The notes under the pieces: model-generated
What the model saw: only the letters and a program-made list of their open reading frames with translations
Database searches by the model: none
Told to the model about the DNA's origin: nothing
Program-made: the position numbers and the translations under genes
Shown: piece by piece, positions 53,435-63,165 of the stretch
How the letters are laid out: each line of letters opens with the position of its first letter
Numbering within the stretch: position 1 is the first letter of the stretch
NCBI GenBank assembly: GCA_034670305.1
Contig: JAXMNT010000008.1
Location: 64,001-128,000, forward strand
Direction of reading: 5' to 3'
Origin: Deltaproteobacteria bacterium
Lineage (GTDB): Bacteria; Myxococcota_A; Polyangia; Polyangiales; Houyiibacteriaceae
Length of the DNA: 64,000 nt

Positions 53435-55575
53435 GGCGACTCCCGTTCCATCGGCGGACCACCGACCGCGGCGACGACTTCCGCTTCGATCTCTGCGCTC
53501 GCGACTTCCGGGGGCGCCAGCGTGAGGTGCACCGTCTCTCCGGTCGGCATCGGCGTGCCGCCCGCCGGCACCTGGGCCTGTACGACACCATGGCCCACGA
53601 ACACGCCCCGGAGCCCCTGCGCACCGAGCGCGATGAGCGCCGCGCGTGCGCTCTGGCCGACGACCGCCGGCGCCCGCACTTCGCCTTCCGCGAGTGGCAG
53701 CCGGAGCGGTTCGATTTCGGGTTCTTCGTCCGACCCGGCACTCGCCAGCGCGCGGCGGCGACGCGTCTGCTCCCGCGCGTGTTCCACCAACGCTTCGCCG
53801 CCGGTGGCCGCCGGCACACCCAGGTGTCGCAACGCGGCGGCCCCGACGCGGCGGAAGACCGGACCGGCCACCACGCCGCCGTAGTGCGCGACGATCGGTT
53901 CGTCGATGACCACCGAGATCACGAGCCGCGGGTTCTGCGCAGGCACGAACCCAGCAAAGCTGGCGACCCAGCGGTCCGCTGCGTAGCCGCCGTGCACGTG
54001 GTCGGCTTTCTGAGCGGTGCCCGTCTTGCCCGCCACCAGGTAGCCGTCGATCGCCGCCTGGGGCGCGGTGCCGTCGGGGCCGGTGACCGCGGTCAACATG
54101 TCGCCGACCAAACGCGCGATGCGTTCCGGCACCACCCGTCGCCGGACTTCGCGCGGGGTCGGATCCTCGTCGCCCACCCGGCGGATGAGGCGCGGGCGCA
54201 TCAACCGTCCGCCGTTCGCGATCGTCGCCATCGCCGCAGCGATCTGCACGTTCGTCGTGCTCATCGCCTGGCCGAATGGAATGGTCGCGGCGTCCATCTC
54301 GAACCACTCGCGGAAGTGCCGGAGCGACCCGCCGGTCTCGCCCGGTAGGGGCAGCCCGGTCGAGTCGCCGAATCCGAACCGTCGGAACGCGCGGTAGAGC
54401 CCTCTGCGCCCGAGGCTGTGGCCCACCTTCGAGAGACAGATGTTCGAGGAGTACGCCAGGCACTGCGCGGGCGTCAGCAGCTCGTGCGGGGTGGTGTCGC
54501 GGATGACGTCGTCTTCCCCCACCTGCATGCGGCCGTTCTCGCAGTCGATGCGTTCTTCCGGGCGCAGCGTGCCCGACGCGAGTGCGGCGGCGACCGTGAA
54601 CGGCTTCACGGTGGAGCCCGGCTCGAACCGATCCGTCACCGCGCGGTTGCGTCGATGGGACGCGGGAGAAGAACCCGGACGGTTGGGATCGAAGCTCGGG
54701 TAGCTCGCCACCGCCAGCAGCTCGCCGGTCTCTGGGTCCATGACGACCACGCTGCCGGCGCGCGCTTCGTACGTGCGCACCGCCAGTTCGAGTTCGCGCT
54801 CGGCCACGCGTTGAATGGTTCGGTCGATCGTCAGCGTAAGGTCTTCGCCCTGCGCCGCGCGGTCGTCGAGCAGCTGTTCGGAGAACACGACACGGCCACT
54901 TCGGTCGCGGATCGCCGGAACGGAACGGACCGACCCACGAAGGCGCTCTTCGAGCGAGAGTTCGAGTCCTTCGATGCCGACGCCATCGATGTTTGCGAAA
55001 CCGAGCAGATGCGAGGCGAGTTCGCGGTTCGGATAGAAGCGGCGCGCCTCTCGGTCGATGTGCACGCCGGGCAAGTTCGCCTCGCGGATCTGCGCCGCGA
55101 CCCGAGGCGTCACCCTGCGTTTGATCCAGACGAAGTAGCGGTCCGACCGGAGCCGCCGCTCAATGCGCTCCGGATCGATGCCGAGCAGCGCTTCGAGTTG
55201 GCGCGTGAGCACGACCGGGTCCATGCCTTCGGCGCGCGCTTCGCGGGGGTTCGCCCAGATGCTGTCCACATCCACGCTCACGGCGAGTTCCGCGCCGTGG
55301 CGGTCGTAGATGGTGCCGCGTTTGGGCGCGAGGCGGATGCGACGCAGGTACTGGTCTTCCGCCATCTCGCGCAGCGCCGGCGCCCGGTCGACCTGGAGTT
55401 CATACGCACGCCGCCCGACCAACGATGCCCCCACGAGGAGCAAGAGGCCGAGCACCGCGATGCGCACCTTCATCCACTGGACGTTGCGGAGCGGGTTCGA
55501 CGACGGTTTCGACTCGGGCTCGGGCGCCGGCGCGCCAGGCGTGCGGCGCTTCATCTTCGGTGGACGCTGGCTCAT
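53431..55575 (-). CDS. ftsI: Class B PBP FtsI with C-terminal PASTA-like domain
   Basis: RGTIYDR, RFYP, EPGSTVK (SxxK), SSN, KTGT. Confidence 0.96.
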   Translation of the reverse strand: MSQRPPKMKRRTPGAPAPEPESKPSSNPLRNVQWMKVRIAVLGLLLLVGASLVGRRAYELQVDRAPALREMAEDQYLRRIRLAPKRGTIYDRHGAELAVSVDVDSIWANPREARAEGMDPVVLTRQLEALLGIDPERIERRLRSDRYFVWIKRRVTPRVAAQIREANLPGVHIDREARRFYPNRELASHLLGFANIDGVGIEGLELSLEERLRGSVRSVPAIRDRSGRVVFSEQLLDDRAAQGEDLTLTIDRTIQRVAERELELAVRTYEARAGSVVVMDPETGELLAVASYPSFDPNRPGSSPASHRRNRAVTDRFEPGSTVKPFTVAAALASGTLRPEERIDCENGRMQVGEDDVIRDTTPHELLTPAQCLAYSSNICLSKVGHSLGRRGLYRAFRRFGFGDSTGLPLPGETGGSLRHFREWFEMDAATIPFGQAMSTTNVQIAAAMATIANGGRLMRPRLIRRVGDEDPTPREVRRRVVPERIARLVGDMLTAVTGPDGTAPQAAIDGYLVAGKTGTAQKADHVHGGYAADRWVASFAGFVPAQNPRLVISVVIDEPIVAHYGGVVAGPVFRRVGAAALRHLGVPAATGGEALVEHAREQTRRRRALASAGSDEEPEIEPLRLPLAEGEVRAPAVVGQSARAALIALGAQGLRGVFVGHGVVQAQVPAGGTPMPTGETVHLTLAPPEVASAEIEAEVVAAVGGPPMERESP

Positions 55576-55973
55576 CGCACGCGTCCAGACGTTCCGCGCT
55601 GCGCGCGATGCGGCACGATCGGCACCACGCGTTCGGCCGGTGGCACGTCCATCTCGAGCAGGCCACGGGCCACGGTCTCGACCCGGGGCACGTTGCGTAG
55701 GGTTGCGGCTTCGACCGAGAGCAGCCGGCGCTGTTCGATCAGCCGGCGTTGTTCGGAGCGCGCCTCGCCGACGTCGTAACCGAGCCGCACGGTCTCGAAA
55801 CGCATCGCGAGATGGACCACGAACGCCGCGGCTGTGGCGAGCACCGCCGCGGTCCAGAGCATCAGGAAACGCGCGGCCACCCCGTTGCGGGCCCCGCTGC
55901 GGGCGGGCGCCGGACGCGTCTCGGCGTCGGGGGCGGGGGGCGCCATGCTCACGTTCTTCTTCGGACGGCTCAT
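55572..55973 (-). CDS. ftsL: Cell division protein FtsL
   Basis: Single TM plus coiled coil, between rsmH and ftsI with 4-nt overlaps. Confidence 0.85.
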   Translation of the reverse strand: MSRPKKNVSMAPPAPDAETRPAPARSGARNGVAARFLMLWTAAVLATAAAFVVHLAMRFETVRLGYDVGEARSEQRRLIEQRRLLSVEAATLRNVPRVETVARGLLEMDVPPAERVVPIVPHRAQRGTSGRVR

Positions 55974-56860
55974 GCGTCCTCCGATCGCGGGCGGCGGCGT
56001 GCAGTGCGCAGCTTCGCGGTGCGGGCGCGCGGGTTGCGGGTGCGCTCTTCGTCTCCCGCGATCACCGGCTTCTTGGTGAGCGGAATCATCCGCGGCTCTT
56101 CGCGAAACGCCCACTTGACGATCCGGTCTTCGAGCGAGTGAAACGAGATCACGGCAGCGACGCCGTCGTCCTCGAGCATGTCGGGCAACTGACCCATCAA
56201 GCGGGTGAGTTCGTCGAGCTCGCGGTTCACCGCGATGCGCAGCGCCTGAAACGTACGCGTGGCGTTGTCGATCCGTCCCCGCTTGGGGAACACGCGGTGC
56301 ACCGCCCGGCTCAGGTCTTCGGTGGTCTCGAGTTCGCCGGCTTCAAATGCCTCGCGAATCGAACGTGCGATGGCCCGCGAGCGACGCTCTTCGCCGAGTT
56401 CGTAGATGAGATCGGCAAGCTCGGTCACGTCGAGCCGAGCGATCAGCTCGAGCGCAGTCTCGCCGGCCTCGGTGTTCATGCGCATGTCGAGCGGGCCCGC
56501 GTTGCGGAACGAGAACCCGCGGGTGGCGTCGTCGAGTTGCGGGGAGCTGACGCCCACGTCGGCGACGACTCCGTCGAGCCGCTGAATCGAATGTTCGGAC
56601 AACACATCCCGCAGGCGCCCGAACTCCGCGTGGACGAACGTCACCCGATCGCCGAAGCGGGCAAGTCGCTCGCGCGAGGCTTCGAGTGCGATCGGATCGC
56701 GGTCGAGTCCGATGAGCGTGCCGTCGGGCGCGCTCCGTTCGAGCACTGCTTCGGCGTGGCCGCCGCCACCGAGCGTCGCATCGGCGTAGCGTCCTCCGGC
56801 CCGCGGCGCGATCGCGTCTACGGTCTCGGCGAGCAGCACCGTCTCGTGATGAAACGTCAC
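55970..56860 (-). CDS. rsmH: 16S rRNA m4C methyltransferase
   Basis: HETVLL, DATLGGGGH, GVSSPQLD..RGFSF, FQALRIAVN, ISFHSLEDRIVK, NPRAR. Confidence 0.97.
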   Translation of the reverse strand: MTFHHETVLLAETVDAIAPRAGGRYADATLGGGGHAEAVLERSAPDGTLIGLDRDPIALEASRERLARFGDRVTFVHAEFGRLRDVLSEHSIQRLDGVVADVGVSSPQLDDATRGFSFRNAGPLDMRMNTEAGETALELIARLDVTELADLIYELGEERRSRAIARSIREAFEAGELETTEDLSRAVHRVFPKRGRIDNATRTFQALRIAVNRELDELTRLMGQLPDMLEDDGVAAVISFHSLEDRIVKWAFREEPRMIPLTKKPVIAGDEERTRNPRARTAKLRTARRRPRSEDA

Positions 56861-57309
56861 AGGCCGAGCTCCGCGAGCCGCGCCGCCAACTTGGTGCGCG
56901 CTTCTTCGTCTTCGAGCACTTCGTCGCGAAGCGTGTCGAACTGACCCTTCGCCCAGAGTTCGATGTGGTGGCCCATGCCTGCCCACAACGCTTCTCGGTC
57001 GAGGCCTGCATGCCGCCGCAACGTCGCGGGCACGAGAATGCGGCCCATCTTGTCGAGATCGCACTCGACGGCGCCGGACACGTAGATGCGCCGAAGCATC
57101 TGCACGCTTCGGTCGAACTGAGGGAGCGTGGACAGGCGTTCTTCGAACGAGATCCATTCGCTCATCGGGTAGGCGACGAGACACGGATCGAGTCCGCTGG
57201 TGATCACCAGACGCGAATCGCCCCGCGTCGCGAGCACGTCGCGGAAGCGGGCAGGAAGCGAAGTTCGCCCCTTCTTGTCGATTGCGTGTTCGTACCGGCC
57301 TCGAAACAC
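56857..57309 (-). CDS. mraZ: Transcriptional regulator MraZ
   Basis: FRGRYEHAIDKKGR and LDKMGRILVP motifs; GGAGAG SD. Confidence 0.97.
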   Translation of the reverse strand: MFRGRYEHAIDKKGRTSLPARFRDVLATRGDSRLVITSGLDPCLVAYPMSEWISFEERLSTLPQFDRSVQMLRRIYVSGAVECDLDKMGRILVPATLRRHAGLDREALWAGMGHHIELWAKGQFDTLRDEVLEDEEARTKLAARLAELGL

Positions 57310-57360
57310 CGTCTACCTGGCTCTCCTGGGGACCAAATCCCCCCGTGGCTGGCGAGAATG

Positions 57361-57390
57361 ACACTTCTTGCCACTTCTTACCACCACTTG
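57361..57390 (-). promoter_or_regulatory. MraZ-binding direct repeats (10-nt period GTGG/GTGT)
   Basis: Plus strand ACACTTCTTG-CCACTTCTTA-CCACCACTTG, about 50 nt upstream of mraZ. Confidence 0.75.
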
Positions 57391-57704
57391 CCGAAGCTAG
57401 AAGGTGGATGGGCAGGAGTCAACTTCGACGCGCTTCACTATCCGCTGAAATCATTGGTGTTTTCCGCGGTCATGGCGGATTTCGGCCCCAGTGGCGCCGG
57501 GGATCGGCCGCGATACCGGCGAAGTGACAGTGTTGGCGCTGATCTCACCATGATATAGCCGATCGTGTCTACTATCAGCTGAAGAACGGGCAGTGGATAG
57601 CTGAGGTCCTGGCGGCCGATGGGCAGTCGTCCTGGAGCGCCCCCCAAATGGGGGAGGCATGTTCGGGCTCGCGTCGGGGTCGGCGGTTTTCGTACACTTG
57701 GCTG

Positions 57705-58325
57705 GTGAACGCCGAATCCGACGCCGAGGTTGAGGCCGAGGCTGAGGCCGAGGCCGACTCCGAATCCGACGCCGAAGCCGACGCCGAAGCCGAAGCCGAC
57801 GCCGAAGCCGACGCCGAAGCCGACGCCGAGGCCGAAGCCGACGCCGAAGCCGAAGCCGACGCCGAAGCCGAATCCGAAGCCGAAGCCGAAGCCGAAGCCG
57901 ACGCCGAGGCCGACGCCGAGGCCGGTGCCGACGCTGACGCCGGTGCCGACGCCGACGCCGGTGCCGAATCCGACGCCGACGCCGCCGACTCCGGACCGGA
58001 AGCGGGGTTGGAGGCGGCTTGGGCGCGGTTGGTGGAGAACTGGGATGCGCCGGAGGCGCACAAGAAGTTTCGGGGGCTGTGTGCGCAGTGGGGGCGGCTC
58101 GACTTCGCGGGGATGCGTTATCGAGAGGTCCAGGCCAGGGACGAGGGGCGGGCCGAGGTGGCCAAGCGGGAGATCGGGAAGATCATCGCGGTCGCGGTCG
58201 CGCAGCTCGAGACGATCAAGTCGGAGCCGAAGAGCAGCCGCCGCACCGTGAACCTCATCGGCTTCGCGGTGGTCTTCGGGCTGCTGTTGAGCGTTCTGTA
58301 CATGTTTCTGTATGCCCAGCAGTAG
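57705..58325 (+). CDS. Hypothetical protein: acidic repeat N-terminus, helical domain, C-terminal TM
   Basis: TACACT box 6 nt before GTG 57705; [22 protein letters not shown]. Confidence 0.65.
   Translation: MNAESDAEVEAEAEAEADSESDAEADAEAEADAEADAEADAEAEADAEAEADAEAESEAEAEAEADAEADAEAGADADAGADADAGAESDADAADSGPEAGLEAAWARLVENWDAPEAHKKFRGLCAQWGRLDFAGMRYREVQARDEGRAEVAKREIGKIIAVAVAQLETIKSEPKSSRRTVNLIGFAVVFGLLLSVLYMFLYAQQ
57711..57990. repeat. (GCCGAN)n tract encoding AE/AD
   Basis: Visible periodicity. Confidence 0.95.
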
Positions 58326-58370
58326 GGCTCGCTCCACGGGTGGCCTCCCGTGTATCCTGGCGACCTTCGA

Positions 58371-59042
58371 ATGCAGATCGATTTCAAGTCGCGCGAGCTG
58401 ACGGTCAAGCTCGTCTACTACGGGCCCGCACTCAGCGGAAAAACCACGAACCTCCAGGCGATCCACCGTTTGGTGACGTCGGACACCGCCGGTCGGCTGA
58501 TGACGCTCGAGACCCGGGACGACCGGACGCTGTTTTTCGACCTGCTACCGCTGACCTTCAGCAGCGGAAGCGGCATCCAGGTCCGCTTCAAGCTCTTCAC
58601 GGTGCCCGGCCAAGTCATTCACAACGCGACCCGGCGGCTGGTGCTGCAGGGCGCCGACGGCACGGCGTTCATCGCCGATTCGCAAATCAGCGAGACCAAG
58701 GCGAACCGGCAAGCCTTCTTGAACATGCAGGAGAACTTGACCGAGAACAATCTCGATCCGACCGAACATCCGATCGTGATTCAGTTCAACAAACGGGACC
58801 TTCCGAACACCCGTTCCGACGAGGAACTGGACCGCATGGCGGCGCGGGGGCGCGAGCCCGTCTTCGGCGCGATCGCGACGCGCGGCGTCGGCGTCATCGA
58901 GACGTTCCTCGGACTCACCGATGTGACCTGGCGACGGCTCGAAGAAAAGCATTCGCTCCACGAGAAATTTGGTCTCGACCCGGACGAGTTCCTGAACGAC
59001 ATCCGAGAGCGCCTGGGCCTCGACGGCAAGGCGGCAGAGTGA
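58371..59042 (+). CDS. sofG: MglA-family small GTPase, SofG-like
   Basis: KLVYYGPALSGKTTNL, DRTLFFD, TVPGQVIHNATRR, NKRD; no roadblock/MglB neighbour; orthology recalled, not computed. Confidence 0.75.
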   Translation: MQIDFKSRELTVKLVYYGPALSGKTTNLQAIHRLVTSDTAGRLMTLETRDDRTLFFDLLPLTFSSGSGIQVRFKLFTVPGQVIHNATRRLVLQGADGTAFIADSQISETKANRQAFLNMQENLTENNLDPTEHPIVIQFNKRDLPNTRSDEELDRMAARGREPVFGAIATRGVGVIETFLGLTDVTWRRLEEKHSLHEKFGLDPDEFLNDIRERLGLDGKAAE

Positions 59043-60445
59043 CTGCCGCCGACCCGGAGACCCTGGAGAAGTCTGGCATCGACATCTCGATGGGCGATGT
59101 CGCGCGGCTGGAAGAGGTCGTCGACAAGAACGCACTCCGAGACGTCTGTCGGTCGTTCTTCGATCTGTTCGGGCTGTCCGTGCGGGTGTTCTCTTCCCAA
59201 GGCACCATGCTCGCCGATGTGCATGAGGAGCCGGCGATCCACGCGCTGCTCCGGACCACGGCCAAGGGACGCGATGCCCTTGGAAAGAACGTGGATCAGG
59301 TCGCCCGACATGAACCGAGCAACGCCGAGATGCTCGATGAGATCACCGGCGCCGTGTACGACGTCGTGCCGCTCAAATACCAAGGCCGCATCGTCGGCCG
59401 CTTCGTGGTCGGTCCGTACCTGCCCGCGGAGCGCAAAGAAGTCCCGCACTCGCTCCTGACCATCGACGCCGAACTCGACGCGGAGGCTCTGCGGGCTGCG
59501 CTCGCCGAGATGCCGCGGGTGCGGAACGCCACCGCCGAGCGGATCGTCAAGCACCTCCGCGGCGTCATCGACCTGCTCCTCTTCTCGAGTCACCGCGCCC
59601 ACCTCACGAGCGAGATGCACGTCGCGAGCGTGCGGGAGAGCTACCGCGAGCTGGCCGAAAAGACCGCCAAGCTACAGGCGGCGTACGACCGGCTGCGAGA
59701 GCTCGACAAGTTGAAGTCGAACTTCCTCGCGACGGTGAGCCATGAGCTGCGCACGCCACTGACTTCCATCATTGGTTACTCCGAGATGTTGGAGAGCGGA
59801 ATCGGCGGAGACCTCAACGAAGAACAGCTCGAGTTCGTGGACACGATCCACAGTAAGGGCGAGCAACTTCTGCAGTTGATCACCAGCCTCCTCGATCTCT
59901 CCAAGCTGGAGCAAGGTGTGGTGCGACTCCGCACCGAAACCATGGACGCCCGCGTCATCGTCGAAGACATCGCAAAGACGTTCACGCCCGCGGCCCTCAA
60001 GAAGACGATCCGCGTCGACATCCAGGTCGACGAGAACCTGCCCCGCATCGCGGCGGACCCGATCCGCCTGAAACAGATCCTCTCCAACCTCGCGGAGAAC
60101 GCCGTGAAGTTCACGCCCGAAGGCGGCACGGTCACCTTCGGCGCGACCGAGACCGAACTCGAAGGCGAAGGGGGCGGCCTCGGCGCCGTGCTGATGGACT
60201 CTCCCCGGCGTGCGGTCGCGTTCACGATCTCCGACAGCGGCATCGGCATGCCGAGCGAGGAGCTGCCCCGCATCTTCGACGCGTTCTACCAAGTGGACGG
60301 AAGCTCGACGCGGGAACACGGCGGCACCGGACTCGGGCTCTCCATCGTCAAACGCCTCGTGGACGCGCACGAGGGCCGGATCGAGGTCGTGAGCCAAGTG
60401 GGCGCGGGCACGACCTTCACGGTCGTGATCCCCGAACCCGACTGA
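59039..60445 (+). CDS. Cytoplasmic histidine kinase with PocR-like sensor
   Basis: GTGA overlap with GTPase; VPLKYQGRIVGRFVVGPY; SHELRTPL, NAVKFT, DSGIGM, GGTGLGL. Confidence 0.88.
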   Translation: MTAADPETLEKSGIDISMGDVARLEEVVDKNALRDVCRSFFDLFGLSVRVFSSQGTMLADVHEEPAIHALLRTTAKGRDALGKNVDQVARHEPSNAEMLDEITGAVYDVVPLKYQGRIVGRFVVGPYLPAERKEVPHSLLTIDAELDAEALRAALAEMPRVRNATAERIVKHLRGVIDLLLFSSHRAHLTSEMHVASVRESYRELAEKTAKLQAAYDRLRELDKLKSNFLATVSHELRTPLTSIIGYSEMLESGIGGDLNEEQLEFVDTIHSKGEQLLQLITSLLDLSKLEQGVVRLRTETMDARVIVEDIAKTFTPAALKKTIRVDIQVDENLPRIAADPIRLKQILSNLAENAVKFTPEGGTVTFGATETELEGEGGGLGAVLMDSPRRAVAFTISDSGIGMPSEELPRIFDAFYQVDGSSTREHGGTGLGLSIVKRLVDAHEGRIEVVSQVGAGTTFTVVIPEPD

Positions 60446-60453
60446 CGGGTTCC

Positions 60454-61425
60454 GTGTCCGCGGAAGACGAGTTGATCGAGCGCCTCCGCGCACTCCATGC
60501 CGTACCGGACGCCGACGTCCCCATCGCCATCGGAGACGACGCGGCCGTGCTCACCGTCGCAGGCAATCTCGTCTTGAGCGTGGACGCGTGTGTGGAGGGC
60601 ACCCACTTCCGCACGGACTTCTTCCAGGACGAAGGACGGATCGACTGGGCCACGGTCGGGGACCGAGCCGCCACCGCGGCCCTGAGCGATCTCGCCGCCA
60701 TGGGCAGCCGGCCCGTGGCCGTGCTCAGTTCACTGGCCGCTCCATCCGATGCCGCCGCGGTCGTCGCAGCCATCGCACAAGGCACCGAGCGCGCCGCCCG
60801 ACGCGTGGGAGCCTTCGTCGTTGGCGGAAACCTTGCGCGCGCCGACGCCGTCTCAATCCACACCACGGTCGTTGGCGCGGCGAGCGACCCGATCACCCGC
60901 CGCGGCGCCCGGCCTGGGGACGGGCTCTACGTGACCGGACCGACTGGAGAAGCGGCGCTCGGACTGGAGCTCTTGCTGCGCGCCGAAGGCGACGTGGACG
61001 CATGGACAATGGACGAAGCGCACCGCGTGCTGGTGGAGGCGTGGCGGCACCCGCGCGCCCATGTCGCCGAAGGCCTGGCGCTCCAGGGCCACGCGCACGC
61101 CTGCATGGACGTCAGCGATGGCCTCGCCCTCGACCTCAGCCGCCTCTGTGGTGCGAGCGGAGTGGGCGCCACTTTGGACTTCGACGCACTTCCGCTGAGC
61201 GACGACGGCCGGCGCGTTGCGGCCTCCCTTGGGCTCGATGTCGAGCGACTGCTTTTGCACGGGGGAGAGAGCTACGTGCTGCTGTTCGCGTCGGCGGCGA
61301 GACCGCCCGTCGAGTGTGTGCGCGTGGGCGTGGTCGATGGCGCGCGCGGCATCCGAGTGCGACGCGACGGCGCGACACGCACGGTCGAACCGACCGGGTT
61401 CGACCACTTCAGAAGTGAAGACTGA
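60454..61425 (+). CDS. thiL: Thiamine-monophosphate kinase
   Basis: IGDDAA, SVDACVEGTHF, LSDLAAMG, GGNL, MDVSDGL, GGESY, GFDHF. Confidence 0.93.
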   Translation: MSAEDELIERLRALHAVPDADVPIAIGDDAAVLTVAGNLVLSVDACVEGTHFRTDFFQDEGRIDWATVGDRAATAALSDLAAMGSRPVAVLSSLAAPSDAAAVVAAIAQGTERAARRVGAFVVGGNLARADAVSIHTTVVGAASDPITRRGARPGDGLYVTGPTGEAALGLELLLRAEGDVDAWTMDEAHRVLVEAWRHPRAHVAEGLALQGHAHACMDVSDGLALDLSRLCGASGVGATLDFDALPLSDDGRRVAASLGLDVERLLLHGGESYVLLFASAARPPVECVRVGVVDGARGIRVRRDGATRTVEPTGFDHFRSED

Positions 61426-62293
61426 GCGACGCGAGCCCGCTGACGTTCACGCCGATCGCATCGCCGTCTTCACCGATCTCCACGCTGGGGACGGGCGGTC
61501 CGTCCACACCCGCGCGGCGCACGTTGAAGAGCGCGACGTCGGCGCCGATGCCGATGGCGGCGAGCTTGTTGATCTGGAAATCGAAGCCGAGCCCGAGATC
61601 GACCGCGACGCCGCGAATGGGGTCGTCGGCTTCCTCGCGAAAGTTGTCGAGTCCGGTGAGCCATGCGTAGCCGATGCCGACCCGCAGGTATGGCTCGATG
61701 TGCGGCGTCGGGATGCGGATGCCCACATCGAGCGTCAGCGTGCCCAGGTCGAACTCGTCGTGGTTGGCGTACTCGAACTGCACCCCAAGCGTGAAGAGGG
61801 ACACGAAGAAGCCGCCACCCGCCCCCAGCGCCCAACCGTGGCCCTCGAGCCGCTGGATCTCGGGCACGAGGTTGTCGTTTTTGATGACGCCGAGGTTGGC
61901 GTAGGTGTAGCCGGCGGAGGCCTCCAGATAGAAGACACGGGTGCGGTCCTCTTCTTCTTCGTCGACCTCCTCTTCCGGCGCGCGTCGGGGTCCCCGATCC
62001 GGCGGAGGTTGCCGGGCTCGTGGGGCCGCGGCCGGATCGGGCTCGCTCTGGGCTGCCACCTCCGCCACCCCGAGTTCGCCGGCTGGCTCGGCCTGCGCAG
62101 CGGCGGTCGGCTCGCTCTCAGCGGGCTCGGCGGGCTCCGCCGGCTCGGCGGTCCGAGGGGCTGCACCTTCCGCAGGCGGCGCTTGCACGTCCTCGACGAC
62201 GCCTTCGGAAGGCGGCTGCGCGTGCAGCGGTGCCCAGCCAGTCCATGTCAGCGCGGCGACCAGCCCCACCTGCCCCAATCGCCCATACCCCAT
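61409..62293 (-). CDS. Outer-membrane beta-barrel protein with Pro/Ala/Glu-rich N-terminus
   Basis: Signal peptide ending LHA-Q; EPYLRVGIGY strands; terminal Phe. Confidence 0.78.
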   Translation of the reverse strand: MGYGRLGQVGLVAALTWTGWAPLHAQPPSEGVVEDVQAPPAEGAAPRTAEPAEPAEPAESEPTAAAQAEPAGELGVAEVAAQSEPDPAAAPRARQPPPDRGPRRAPEEEVDEEEEDRTRVFYLEASAGYTYANLGVIKNDNLVPEIQRLEGHGWALGAGGGFFVSLFTLGVQFEYANHDEFDLGTLTLDVGIRIPTPHIEPYLRVGIGYAWLTGLDNFREEADDPIRGVAVDLGLGFDFQINKLAAIGIGADVALFNVRRAGVDGPPVPSVEIGEDGDAIGVNVSGLASLSLHF

Positions 62294-62386
62294 CGACCGA
62301 GCCTACCAGCGGCCCCACCGAATGGTCGAGCCTGGACCACGCGGTCCGATGGACGATGCGCCGCGCCTCCGGAGCCAACACGCGGC

Positions 62387-63124
62387 TCAGGGACCGCAGT
62401 CGCTGCAGTCGGTTCCGGGGTCGCACAGATCGGTGTCCGAGCCCGGCCGACCGTCGTCGCACTCGTTGTCGTGCGCGAATCCGCAGCTGTCGTTGCACAC
62501 CCCGCCCGCCGCAGGCGCCGCACTCGGCCGACACGCATCCGGCACCGGTTGTCCGAGCTGTCCGAAGCCGCGTTCGTACTGTGAGACGAGCTCCAGGCAC
62601 GAACCCTCGGGGTCGCTGCTCTCTCGGGCCACACGAAGGGGCTCCGTGCAGAACTGGGCGTCCTGGTCACTGAACGCGAGGCAGCAGGACTCCGCGAGCA
62701 CACAAGGGTCGACCGCCGGCGGTGGGATCACACCCTGGTTGCCTTGGTTGTTCTGGCCGAAGCCCTGGTTCCCTTGAAACCCCTGACCTTGGTTCCACGC
62801 CGGCCAGTTGTTCTGGTTCGGGTCGTTGGAACTCATCGCGGCCTGGGTCGCGCAGACGTTGCACATGCCGCAGGTGAGCGCGAAGAGCACTCCGATCAGA
62901 AACCCGATGCCACTGAGGACCATGCCCGCGATGCCAAGACCGCTGGTGTCGCCATCGGTGCTGGCGCGCGACGTCGCGACGCCGCCGAGGATCAGTCCGA
63001 ACAGACCGAGAATGGGTGCCCCGAAACTCAGCAAGGAACCGACGAACGGCACCATCGTGGTGAAGAGGCCGCCCATCATGAAGATGAGCGAGAGGAGTCC
63101 GAGGATGAGACTGGCGAGCGCCAC
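62387..63124 (-). CDS. Membrane protein (DUF4190-like TM region) with Q/N/G linker and Cys-rich C-terminus
   Basis: ALASLILGLLS..GIAGMVLSGIG; CDDGRPGS..CDPGTDCSDCG. Confidence 0.75.
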   Translation of the reverse strand: MALASLILGLLSLIFMMGGLFTTMVPFVGSLLSFGAPILGLFGLILGGVATSRASTDGDTSGLGIAGMVLSGIGFLIGVLFALTCGMCNVCATQAAMSSNDPNQNNWPAWNQGQGFQGNQGFGQNNQGNQGVIPPPAVDPCVLAESCCLAFSDQDAQFCTEPLRVARESSDPEGSCLELVSQYERGFGQLGQPVPDACRPSAAPAAGGVCNDSCGFAHDNECDDGRPGSDTDLCDPGTDCSDCGP

Positions 63125-63165
63125 GCGGCAGTCTACGTCGACCTCGCGAGAATCACCCGCGCTCT

